64,000 nucleotides of DNA from Octopus bimaculoides (Eukaryota), in contig NC_068982.1 in NCBI RefSeq assembly GCF_001194135.2, positions 33,353,009-33,417,008 of the forward strand. The letters are read 5' to 3'. A program made the translations under genes and the position numbers. Within the stretch, counting starts at the first letter, position 1, and every line of letters starts with the position of its first letter. The notes below the pieces were generated by a model. It worked only from the letters and a program-made list of their open reading frames with translations, was not told where the DNA came from and did no database searches. This document shows positions 52,425 to 64,000 of this stretch, in pieces.

Positions 52425-52810
52425 GCTATTTAGCTCATGTCAGCCCACAATGAGCAGTACTATGATCAAAGACATTCCAGCTGTGGCCTTCCTGTCTTTA
52501 TTCAAAACCCACATTATCAGTGTCCTTTTCTCTTTTAAGACAGTAAGGTATAATGGGAGAGAATTTCACTGCTATTTCTAGCAGTTTGAGCAACCTTGTT
52601 CATTCTCAAATTGGTTCATGTTCCTTCATGTTACTGCTGTTTAACTTCAAATCAGCCCCAATGAGGTATAACTATGATCAGAAGTTTTCCAACCATGACC
52701 ATCTCACCCTTTTTAAAGGTATTTAGAACTATTCTGTCTGAAGAGTATTTTCCTAAAGCAGCAGTGCATGATTTGGAGGGAGTTTGGCTGCTATTTCTAG
52801 CAGATTCAGT
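52425..52810 (+). repeat. Two copies of an unclassified interspersed repeat (tatgatcaaagacattccagc...gctgctatttctagcag)
   Basis: The motif recurs near 3080, 6100, 12060, 20170, 35760, 47060 and 51770 in either orientation. Confidence 0.6.
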
Positions 52811-52867
52811 GACTGGCTCAAAAATGTGTATGTTGTGTATGTATGTATGCACATATATATATATATA

Positions 52868-52904
<37 letters not shown>

Positions 52905-53828
52905 NNNNNNNNNNNNNNNNNNNNNNNNNNNNNNNNNNNNNNNNNNNNNNNNNNNNNNNNNNNNNNNNNNNNNNNNNNNNNNNNNNNNNNNNNNNNNNNN
53001 NNNNNNNNNNNNNNNNNNNNNNNNNNNNNNNNNNNNNNNNNNNNNNNNNNNNNNNNNNNNNNNNNNNNNNNNNNNNNNNNNNNNNNNNNNNNNNNNNNNN
53101 NNNNNNNNNNNNNNNNNNNNNNNNNNNNNNNNNNNNNNNNNNNNNNNNNNNNNNNNNNNNNNNNNNNNNNNNNNNNNNNNNNNNNNNNNNNNNNNNNNNN
53201 NNNNNNNNNNNNNNNNNNNNNNNNNNNNNNNNNNNNNNNNNNNNNNNNNNNNNNNNNNNNNNNNNNNNNNNNNNNNNNNNNNNNNNNNNNNNNNNNNNNN
53301 NNNNNNNNNNNNNNNNNNNNNNNNNNNNNNNNNNNNNNNNNNNNNNNNNNNNNNNNNNNNNNNNNNNNNNNNNNNNNNNNNNNNNNNNNNNNNNNNNNNN
53401 NNNNNNNNNNNNNNNNNNNNNNNNNNNNNNNNNNNNNNNNNNNNNNNNNNNNNNNNNNNNNNNNNNNNNNNNNNNNNNNNNNNNNNNNNNNNNNNNNNNN
53501 NNNNNNNNNNNNNNNNNNNNNNNNNNNNNNNNNNNNNNNNNNNNNNNNNNNNNNNNNNNNNNNNNNNNNNNNNNNNNNNNNNNNNNNNNNNNNNNNNNNN
53601 NNNNNNNNNNNNNNNNNNNNNNNNNNNNNNNNNNNNNNNNNNNNNNNNNNNNNNNNNNNNNNNNNNNNNNNNNNNNNNNNNNNNNNNNNNNNNNNNNNNN
53701 NNNNNNNNNNNNNNNNNNNNNNNNNNNNNNNNNNNNNNNNNNNNNNNNNNNNNNNNNNNNNNNNNNNNNNNNNNNNNNNNNNNNGGTATGTTAAAAACAA
53801 AAAATAAAGTAAATTACATATTTTAAAT

Positions 53829-54041
53829 ATTCTTTTCTACTCTAGGAACAAGGCCCAAAATTTTTGGGGAGGAGCCAGTCGATTGGATCAGCCCCAGCAC
53901 ACAACTGGTACTTTATTGACCCTGAACAAGTAAAAGGTAAAGTTGACCTCAGCAGAATTTGAACTCAGAACGTAAAGACAGACGAAATACCGCTAAGCAT
54001 TTTGCCCAGCGTGCTAACGTTTCTGCCAGCTCGGCGCCTTG
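53829..54041 (-). mobile_element. Second tRNA-SINE family, well-preserved copy
   Basis: Minus strand aggcgccgagctggcagaaacgttagcacg...gagttcaaattctgctgaggtcaacttt; other copies near 7680, 30270, 30961, 43598 and 63040. Confidence 0.8.
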
Positions 54042-54283
54042 CATACTTTAAATATTAATCGAGTTACTTTAGTGGCTTACACAATTTTATCATACAGTCA
54101 AATACCAAGCATTCTAATTGGACAGAACAAAGTATACAATTGAATAATAACTTCGAGCCTGCATTCTATCAACCCTGGTGTATTATGTCCTGTACAGTAA
54201 AAATATCACTGTTACTTCAAATCTCACTTCTTTGCTAGTGATACTACTTGGCACTCCTCCTTAACAGTACAAGTATCATCAAA

Positions 54284-54502
54284 CCCTATAGCATTCAGGT
54301 TATACTGTCAAATGTAATGTTTTTGTTTATTCAATTTCTTTTGAATGAACCATGTATATATCTTGTAGCTTTGTAATTTTGATAATGTGATTGTTTATTT
54401 TAACAACATTACAGGGGGTGGTGTGAGAGGTTGGATCTGGCTAGTTCAAATATCAATCAGGTAGAATATTTGGGCCGGCTACAGCCTGTTTAAATGCCAA
54501 GT
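54284..54502 (-). mobile_element. piggyBac-like MITE, diverged
   Basis: Homologous to 21799-22018; ends degenerate. Confidence 0.65.
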
Positions 54503-55145
54503 GTATAAGCTATCTATGTATACTGCTCTTATTTCATCAAATCTCGCCCAAAGTACTTCATTGGTCTGGAATGGATTGATGCAGGACTAAACAACAAAAA
54601 TCTCAGAGATTACACCTATTTTTCAATCAATTAAAACCCTCAAAGTTGTTACAATTTCAAGGCCAACAACTAATTTTGTGGTGACTATATCAACATCATT
54701 ATTTTAATGTCCACTTTTCTTATGTTCATATGGGTGGAACAGAATTTGGTGAGGGTGATTTTCTTCAAACAAATATCTTCTTGTTGCCAACCCTGACCTG
54801 TTTCAAAGTAAATAAAAAATTTCTCCATAGATGGACATGTTTCCATTACAAGATTGGAAATGAAAGATACCGCCTATGATGATGGCACTCATCTACAATA
54901 ATCAAGTAATGTCAAGTGATATCAGATATCCTCTTATGTATGTATTAACCGGATATTAGAGGGATGTGAGTTCGATCCTCATGGCTGGCTGCCGACCAAT
55001 TTTTCTGCTTTTAAAAAGGAAAAAGGATTTTATCCTTTATATCTATACTGTTCAGTATCTATGCATTGAATAAAATTTATCTTTCTACTTGTTCTACCAT
55101 ACATTTCAGCACTTCGAAAAACAAACTTATTTGTTTACATACGGC

Positions 55146-55195
<50 letters not shown>

Positions 55196-55246
55196 TAACT
55201 GTGTAATAGTGAATATAAAGGGCACTCCATCCAATGAGTGTTCAAT

Positions 55247-55388
55247 ATTACTAAACGTTTCAACTACCGTGCTAATAGTTTCCCGTACATGCGTACATTC
55301 ATCAGGCAATTGACGCCTGATGAATGAACGCATGTACGGGAAGCTATTAATAGCGCGATAAGTACATGTAGTCGAAACGTTTAGTAAT
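55247..55388. repeat. 142-bp imperfect palindrome
   Basis: Inner arms 55273-55307 and 55315-55349 match at 33/35; outer arms 55247-55267 and 55368-55388 match at 20/21. Confidence 0.9.
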
Positions 55389-55841
55389 GTGTGTGTGTGT
55401 GCATGCACACACACACACAAAATGGATGCTTTTCAGTTTCCATCTACTAAATCCTACCACAAGGGTTTGATTTAGCTAAGTTACCAACTTTTTCAAGTCA
55501 TACAGACTCATAAGGGATGGTTTCCCAGTTTCCATGGCATATATTATATTTCCCACCTGGACAGGACTCGGATCCGTTGCAGGATTACTGATTTTTGCCA
55601 GCTGAGTGGACTAAATCAACATGAAATGAAGTGTTTTGCTCAAGAACACAATGCGTCACCTGGTCCAGGACACCCTAACCATTAAAGCCACCTGTCTCCA
55701 CAAGGCTTTGATTGGCTCAGGGCTATACTTGAAGACACTTACCCAAACTGCCACACAATGGGACTGAACCTAGAATCAAGTGATTGGGAAGCAAGCTTCT
55801 AAACTACACAGCCATACTTGTGCCAATACACACACACACAG

Positions 55842-55881
<40 letters not shown>

Positions 55882-56125
55882 CAAAACTAAAACTGAATTC
55901 TAAATGCTAAGCACTTTTTTCCAGGAGCTGAAACTATTTCAGCCTTGACCAGTTGTTGATCCTACAAGAGTCCATGTCTTAATTAACATGGTTCAACCAC
56001 TACTTTTTGGACTAAACAATAATTAGATAAAAACAAAATGAATTGAATTTCAAAGTCCCAGGCAAAAACACAATGAATTAAATTGCATAGTCACACATAT
56101 CTGGGATAGCTTTCACATTACACAT

Positions 56126-56158
<33 letters not shown>

Positions 56159-56797
56159 CTCACATACATAAACACACACTAGATGACAGCTATAAATAGG
56201 CCCATGTGATGAACATTAATGCACAAACATGCTCCTTACTCACTCTTTCTCTTTCTCTCTCTCTCATTCTCTCTCTCTCTCTCTCTCTCTCCCTTCCATT
56301 CATACCACTACTACAACAGCTTCTGATTGTTTGAACTAGAAAGTCATGGATTACTTTTATCTTAGGTCAGCAAATGACCCTGTCTTGTATTCTTTCATTA
56401 TCCTTACTATGTCTCTAATTCCTACACTACATGCTTTTCTCATTTCTTATCCTTTTCTAGAACTCTTTTACTGCTGACATCACCCCCAACAGGCATCAAA
56501 CCACCAGAAGCTGATAGTTGGGGCCCTGGCTAATCTTAGACCACCCCAAACACATATATTCCCAACTCACTCATTTCTCCTCTTTTTGTCACCCATATTG
56601 TATCTCTACCACTTTAAGATTTCACACTAACAACTATGCCTCGTTCTTCCTCTTCAGAATGGCAATGTTCTAGAATTCTCTCATAGCACATGTTTCTCCT
56701 GCAACTGTTAGCTTGCAACTATTTAAGAACATTAACTGCATCAATCTCACCTGTGTGAGAGGGCCTGCAAAAGCCTTGGGTACACCAGTCTCTAAAC

Positions 56798-57080
56798 CAG
56801 AGGTTCTCAACCATTTTTTACCTATAGACTCCTTTGTTTACTATTTTATTCTGGTGGATTCCCACAGCCATTCGATGTTTAAAAACTAATTTATAAATAC
56901 TTCTTTCAAAATTCCTATGTTGTTATTCATTCATTCACTTGTTTAGGTTGAACTATGTAAAATGCTAGAGAAAGAAACCTCAGTTTTTTTTAGGGGTTTT
57001 TCTTTAATATATACATTTAAATCAAAACCTTTCATGGACACTTAAAATAATACAGTGGATGCTCTAATAACTATTTTGTT
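56798..57080 (-). mobile_element. hAT/Charlie-like MITE, truncated
   Basis: ctctaaac|cagaggttctcaacc; reverse-orientation relative of 8544-8803; the other end is lost near the tail module at 57096. Confidence 0.55.
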
Positions 57081-57095
57081 AACATGAACTTGTTA

Positions 57096-57235
57096 ACACT
57101 CTCGGAGTGGTTGGCGTTAGGAAGGGCATCCAGCTGTAGAAACTCTGTCAGATCAGATTGGAGCCTAGTGCAGCCATCTGATTCACCAGTCCTCAGTCAA
57201 ATCGTCCAACCCATGCTAGCATGGAAAGCAGATGT
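57096..57235 (+). mobile_element. (ATG)n-type module lacking its tail
   Basis: acactctcggagtggttggcgttagg...gcatggaaagcagatgt. Confidence 0.8.
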
Positions 57236-57465
57236 GTAGTACTTATATAGTCTGATATTTTCAGGATTCAACAAATATTCCTGATGGACTTGCAGCCTAA
57301 CTATAATTCAAATAGTCTTTGGAGCTGACCTCTATGAAAACAAAAATATAATTACATTTGTATATGTATATATTTACATTTGTATATATAATTACATTTG
57401 CATACTATTGATTTGAAAATAATGAAGTCAGCAGATGAAAGTGTATGTAAGCACGAGTACCTTTC

Positions 57466-57622
57466 TCATCATCATCATCATCATCATCATCGTTTAACGT
57501 CCGTTTTCCATGCTGATATGGGTTGGACAGTTTGACTGAGGTCTGGAGAGCCAGCAGTTGCACCAGGCTCCAATCTGATCTGGCAATGTTTCTACAGCTG
57601 GATGCCCTTCCTAACGCCAACC
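57466..57622 (-). mobile_element. (ATG)n-tailed module, reverse orientation
   Basis: (tca)n cgtttaacgtccgttttccatgc...cctaacgccaacca. Confidence 0.85.
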
Positions 57623-57686
57623 ATATATATATAAAGATGTGTATGTGTGTGTATATATATATAAAGACGTGTGTGTGTATGTGTGC

Positions 57687-57734
<48 letters not shown>

Positions 57735-58242
57735 TTATAGAAATTACTACTAAAACTGCCCTTAACACTTTCATGAAAACATTTTTAATGAAATTGTACA
57801 GTTCTTATGCTTCAGCTGATCTTGAAAATAATCAAGAATTTGGAGGGACTTAGTAAAATAACTAACTTGTTCATTAATTACTGTATTAAGCCAGTATTTG
57901 GAACATAACAATAAAAATTCCTGTGTCAAATTATGATTGGTAGTTTTAAATTAAGTATGAATATCTTAAAGCAGACAGTTTTATATGATAGACGACAGTA
58001 TCAGAAGGGTTAATTCATACCCAACTACATTAAAAAAAAGGAAATATTTGTTGATGTGATCTTAATGCACAAAAGAAAATATGGAATAGTCATGGCTAGA
58101 GCAATCAGTGATCTTAGTTCTGTTAAATCAAGACTAACTTGAGGCGAAACAACAATAACTCACAACATAAGAAGGTTGAATTTAATATTATCATAAGGTG
58201 CAGCAATATCAGATGAAGGTTAACAGGGAAACTAACTCTGGT

Positions 58243-58618
58243 ATGTGGCTGAGTTCCTTTTGAGCGTTGGGCCTCCTGGAGGCAAAGTGGCTGAGTTCCT
58301 TTCGAGTGTTGGGCTTCATGGAGGCAATGACCGAGACCTTTGGCATTATGTTGTGCTTCAGAAGAAGACCCATCAAGCCAAGCATAATTGCAGTCGTAGC
58401 AGATACCAGTGTCACACAAACAGCACCCATGCCGATGGCACATAAAAGCACCCATTACACTCTTGGAGTGGTTGGCATTAGGAAGGGCATTCAGCCGTAG
58501 AAAACCATGCCAAATCAGACTGGAGTTTGATCCAGTCTTCCAGCATACCAGCCTGGTCAAACCATCCAACCCATGCCAGCATGGACAACTGACATTAAAT
58601 GAAGATGATGATGATGAT
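58243..58618 (+). mobile_element. (ATG)n-tailed element with two ~42-bp units
   Basis: Same subfamily as 13624-14113. Confidence 0.8.
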
Positions 58619-60608
58619 TTTCAAACATTCAAATGAAATGTTTCTCTAAAATATAGTTATCCGGTTGTTGTATTTTTCGACCCTGTCCTCATTCATTAAA
58701 TTGTGAAAATCACAATCAAAACAAATAAACATCAATAACAGACACCCCGAAAAAGATGGCATTTATTTAAACACCCTAAGTACTAGCAGCTCTACTTCAG
58801 CTGAAATAACAGCAGAAGTTGCTGCTGCTGCTACTACTACTGCTACTACTGTTCCTTTCTGTTAAGCAGTGACTAGTACTTTTAAGATGAAAAAAGAAAA
58901 AGCACTAAGAGAGTTATCCTTTCTTCCTTCCCCTGCTACCACAAAACAGTTTACATTACTCTGAGTTGAGTTCCATTAGTAAATTCCTTCTGACAATTCC
59001 ATGCGAAATTGTATTTAAAAGCAGCATCATTCATTGTGAGTGAATGAGTAAATGAATGAGTGTATGCATGAATGAGTGAACGAATGATGATTATGATGGA
59101 ACAATTATCATCATCATTATTGCTGTCGTTATCGTTGCTGCTGCTGCTGTTACTGTTGTTGTTGAGTTCTTCTATTAATATTATTTAGAAATGAATACAA
59201 ATTGATGGAGGGAGTCTCGGAGAATAAAATGAATTCTAAAGTAGAAACACTTTTGTAATCAATTCTAAAGAAGTGATAAAAGATAATTCTAGATCCTAAT
59301 GCTATTTCTAAAATTACATTTTCAACCAGTCACTCACAAAACACATTTAACCATCAGATTGATTAAATCATTGGATAATACTCAAGAGTTAGAGTTTTCA
59401 ATTTTTATTGCTGTTGTTGTTATTAAAATTTTTCATGTAGAATTATAGGGTTTATTTTAACCAATTCAAGAATATGTATATGTTTAGGTGTAAGTTTGCA
59501 TATACATGCGTGTGCACACATACATACATTATACACACACATATATAAATATATACACATTATATATGAGTGTGTGTGTGTGTGTGTGTATGTATATAAT
59601 TTATATATATACTTTAACCATGTAACACAAGCCTTCTGTAGTTTTTTCACTCGTATTATCTTTTATATATATATATATATATATAATTTTCACTTGTATA
59701 TACAGTAGTACCTCGGTTACCTCTGATCACAAATAAATCATGCTCTATATATATATATATATATATATATATTACGGAGATGTACTTGCATAGCAAGTGA
59801 CCTGATCTGAGATCGTGTGCTGGAACGAAAACAATTGCAGCATGGAAGGTGTTTATAAGCCATTTAAAATAACACACAAAAGCTGTCAGATTCACTTCAA
59901 CNNNNNNNNNNNNNNNNNNNNNNNNNNNNNNNNNNNNNNNNNNNNNNNNNNNNNNNNNNNNNNNNNNNNNNNNNNNNNNNNNNNNNNNNNNNNNNNNNNN
60001 NNNNNNNNNNNNNNNNNNNNNNNNNNNNNNNNNNNNNNNNNNNNNNNNNNNNNNNNNNNNNNNNNNNNNNNNNNNNNNNNNNNNNNNNNNNNNNNNNNNN
60101 NNNNNNNNNNNNNNNNNNNNNNNNNNNNNNNNNNNNNNNNNNNNNNNNNNNNNNNNNNNNNNNNNNNNNNNNNNNNNNNNNNNNNNNNNNNNNNNNNNNN
60201 NNNNNNNNNNNNNNNNNNNNNNNNNNNNNNNNNNNNNNNNNNNNNNNNNNNNNNNNNNNNNNNNNNNNNNNNNNNNNNNNNNNNNNNNNNNNNNNNNNNN
60301 NNNNNNNNNNNNNNNNNNNNNNNNNNNNNNNNNNNNNNNNNNNNNNNNNNNNNNNNNNNNNNNNNNNNNNNNNNNNNNNNNNNNNNNNNNNNNNNNNNNN
60401 NNNNNNNNNNNNNNNNNNNNNNNNNNNNNNNNNNNNNNNNNNNNNNNNNNNNNNNNNNNNNNNNNNNNNNNNNNNNNNNNNNNNNNNNNNNNNNNNNNNN
60501 NNNNNNNNNNNNNNNNNNNNNNNNNNNNNNGAAGTTGAATGCTTACACAGAACAAGTTTTACAGCCACATCATCCAAACCGACCAGGCAAAACTGGGCTT
60601 AGCTGCCA

Positions 60609-60650
<42 letters not shown>

Positions 60651-60889
60651 TTTGCTTTTTACTGGTTTCAGTCATTAGACACTACCTTGAAGAATTTTTA
60701 GTCGAATGCATTAACCCCAGTAATTATTCTTTAAAAGCCTAGTACTTATTCTATTGGTCTCATTCGCCAAACCACTGAGTTACAGGGAGGTAAATACATC
60801 AGCACCAGTTGTCAAGCGGTGGTAGGAGGGCAAACACAGTCACAAAGACACACACACACACATAGATATATGAATACATATGTATGACA

Positions 60890-61313
60890 TAAAAACTGTG
60901 GTTGATGCCAGTGCCACCTGACTGGTCCCATGCTGGTGGCACATAAAAAGCACCATTCAAGTGTGGCTATTGCCAGTACTGCCTGACTGGCTTCCGTGCC
61001 AGTGGCACATAAAAAGCACCATTCAAGCATGGGTCATTGCCAGTGCTGCCTGACTGGCTCCCGTGCCGGTGGCACATAAAAAGCACCATTCAAGTGTGGT
61101 CAATGCTAGTACCTCCTGACTGGCCCTCATGCCGGTGGCACATAAAAAGTACTCACTACATTCCCAGTGGTTGGCATTAGGAAGGGCATCCAGCTGCAGA
61201 AATCTTGCCAGATCAGATTGGAGCTTGGTACAGCCTTCTGGCTTGCCAGTCCTCAATCAAACCGACCAACCCATACCAGTATGGAAAGTGGGTGCTAAAC
61301 GACAATGATGATG
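60890..61313 (+). mobile_element. (ATG)n-tailed element with four ~66-bp units, nested in a minus-strand SINE
   Basis: Units start at 60906, 60971, 61038 and 61104; host SINE tail at 60655-60880 and head at 61320-61449. Confidence 0.8.
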
Positions 61314-61452
61314 ATGACAGGCTTCTTTCAGTTTGTCTACCAAATCCACTTACAAGGTTATAATAGAAGACACTTGCTCAAGGTGCCATGCAGTGGGACT
61401 GAAGCCTGGACCATGTGGTTGGGAAACAAGCTTCTTACCACACAGCCATGTC

Positions 61453-61490
<38 letters not shown>

Positions 61491-61639
61491 NNNNNNNNNN
61501 ACTGGAAAATTCTACATAATTTATTTAATACTCAGAGCTCTTTACATGAAAGCAGATTCTATCTGAAGATCACGACCAGCTAAATATCTATGTATCACAC
61601 TTAATGCAGATACACTATATATATATATATATATATATA

Positions 61640-61750
61640 CCCGTCAGAGTGTAAGTATCTTGAGAGAAAAGCTGAACATTAGAAGCATCAGTTGTGGTGT
61701 ACAAGAGAGACGATTGCGCTGGTATGGACATGTGGTGAGAATGGATGAGG
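61640..61750 (+). mobile_element. RTE LINE ORF2 C-terminal fragment
   Basis: REKLNIRSISCGVQERRLRWYGHVVRMDE, the RTE RLRW.GHV.R motif; runs into an N-gap. Confidence 0.75.
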
Positions 61751-62067
61751 NNNNNNNNNNNNNNNNNNNNNNNNNNNNNNNNNNNNNNNNNNNNNNNNNN
61801 NNNNNNNNNNNNNNNNNNNNNNNNNNNNNNNNNNNNNNNNNNNNNNNNNNNNNNNNNNNNNNNNNNNNNNNNNNNNNNNNNNNNNNNNNNNNNNNNNNNN
61901 NNNNNNNNNNNNNNNNNNNNNNNNNNNNNNNNNNNNNNNNNNNNNNNNNNNNNNNNNNNNNNNNNNNNNNNNNNNNNNNNNNNNNNNNNNNNNNNNNNNN
62001 NNNNNNNNNNNNNNNNNNNNNNNNNNNNNNNNNNNNNNNNNNNNNNNNNNNNNNNNNNNNNNNNNNN

Positions 62068-62307
62068 TAAAAGACACCATTTCGAGCATGGCCATTGCCA
62101 GTATCGCCTGACTGGCCTTCGTGCAGGTGACACATAAAAGCACTTACTACACTCTCTGAGTGGTTGGCGTTAGGAAGGGCATCCAGCTGTAGAAACTCTG
62201 CCAAATTTAGATTGGAGCCTGGTGTTGCCATCCGGTTTCACCAGTCCTCAGTCAAATCGTCCAACCCATGCTAGCATGGAAAGCGGACGTTAAACGATGA
62301 TGATGAT
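62068..62307 (+). mobile_element. Young (ATG)n-tailed module
   Basis: About 5 differences from 1-170 by eye. Confidence 0.85.
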
Positions 62308-64000
62308 ATATATAGTAATATGTATGTTCTAAACTGGAAAATTCTACATAATTTATTTAATACTCAGAGCTCTTTACATGAAAGCAGATTCTATCTGAAG
62401 ATCATAACCAGCTAAATATCTATGTATCATACTTAATGCAGATACACTGTGGATAGGCAAGTTTCTGCAGTTTTTATTCAAGATAAAATCTTTTGTGGAA
62501 TTGCTGCCTTTAAAATACAATATATAGATTCAGACAAAAAAAAATTATCACAGCAGAAGCTAGCAAAAACAGCAAATGAATTTCAGCCTTGTTGAGGCTT
62601 GTGAACAACATGTATATTCAAGAAGAGAGAGAGTTGTGTATATCTTTTGTCAATGCAAACATCAATAAGAAAACTAATAAGCACAATATTTCAAATGCAA
62701 ATATCTTGGTATTTGTTCTGCATAGGTATTTCCTTGTTGCTCTCAGCACCAGAAATGCTGTAAATCAATGATTGACTCTGAATACCAGTGGCTAACAACA
62801 CTATTGTTCACAAATTGCAATAAAACATAGTAATAAATAAAAACATAGCTTGGATACAGAATAATAATGCAAAGTTATTAGAAACTAAAGTTAAATCTGA
62901 GGCAAGCACTGGATGCTTGCCTCAAATTCAGCTTTAGTTTCAGTTGAACCATCCAATAAAATTGTTGTTCTTAATTGTATAATAAAAAAAAAATACCTTA
63001 CAACCATTGGAGTTGAACATACCAAGCATATGGATTTCATATTTTGGCACAAGGTTAGGAAATACGTCAATTACATTGACACCAGTGCTCAAATGGTACT
63101 TATTTTATCGATCCAAAAAGGATGAAAGACAAAAATCAACCTAGGTGGAATTTGAACTCAGAATGTAAAGACAGACAAAATACTGCTAAGTAGTTTGCCC
63201 AGTGGATCAATGATTCTGCCAGCTTGCCACCATGAACATACCAAGAACATTAGCAACAAAAACAAAAAATGAACACACACAATAAAGTAAAAAAAAATAC
63301 CATTTACCTTCTTAAATTTTTTCCGAGTACTCCCAAATTTGGCTAGAACATTGGATGATTTTTTCTTTTTTTCTTCATTTTTATCTTTATCCTTTTCATC
63401 TTTGAGGCTAGAATAACTAGAATAATACAAAAATAATACATGGATTTTGAATGAGCTTCGTAGTATCGTTGGTTTTTAGCAATAAAGCAAATAATGGGAC
63501 AGCTCAAGAAAGCTAAAGTTAGAGAGAGTTAGAGCTAGGGGATGTTGGGGCAGGGGATGAAGGAGAAATGGAGTGGGAGTCAAATTAGTCATATCCTCTA
63601 CACATTAGCTCTATTTTCAGTGAAGTGTAGCAAATTAGATCAAACAAGATTAGCTCGAAGATCATGAACAAGGAATTATTTTTAAATATTTTTCCAATAT
63701 TATCCTAAAATATAACAATAAGAAAGATTTATAGAAACTATGTAGGAGCAATGGATACCAAATCTGAAACTTAATTGAGAAATGATGGAAATAATATTTT
63801 AATCCAAGTTAGCAAATATATTATATTTCATTTCCATTATGAAATCATCAAAATGACAAATTTGTTATGTTCAATAATTTTTTTGCAATATAATTGCTTT
63901 TAGTAAAAGAAAAAAAAATGGCAAATAAAAGGAATATTTTTTTACCAAATACAAATAAATGTGCTTGGCTGTGTGGTTAGTGAAACCAGATTAAGATCTT

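Noticed and set aside
52652-53826. Long ORFs of 327-382 aa
   Set aside because: Almost entirely the N-gap 52905-53784 plus (TA)n.
59703-59720. Tigger/pogo-like TIR start (ta|cagtagtacctcgg)
   Set aside because: No partner TIR visible before the gap.
59656-60678. Long ORFs of 226-299 aa
   Set aside because: They span the N-gap 59902-60530.

Overview
AT-rich, repeat-dense eukaryotic DNA with eight N-gaps and long introns. It is not prokaryotic: no operons, CRISPR arrays or intact long ORFs. The repeat families (tRNA-headed SINEs with central (TA)n/(CA)n, an (ATG)n-tailed RTE-type 3' module) suggest an octopus genome; this is an inference from recalled repeat families. The only host protein-coding signal I can support is a set of short minus-strand GT-AG exons (22057-22189, 14568-14641, 7887-7947, 7051-7112, probably 1032-1060). 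Spliced, they give a complete C1 zinc finger plus linker resembling Lbc-family RhoGEFs (AKAP13/ARHGEF28/ARHGEF18-like). DH-PH exons are not visible and would lie left of position 1. Most supplied ORFs are artefacts of SINEs, microsatellites or gaps. The rest of the window is SINEs, degraded LINEs (RTE, CR1-like), piggyBac-like TTAA MITEs, hAT/Charlie-like MITEs and microsatellites. I found no convincing new biological system. The best leads are two palindromic elements carrying hammerhead-core words (55247-55388, 33401-33610), a modular SINE/RTE tail-sharing family with variable internal tandem arrays, and a repeat-poor, CpG-retaining block (~37-47 kb) that may hold the promoter(s). Alignments and family assignments were done by eye and from memory; no searches were run.
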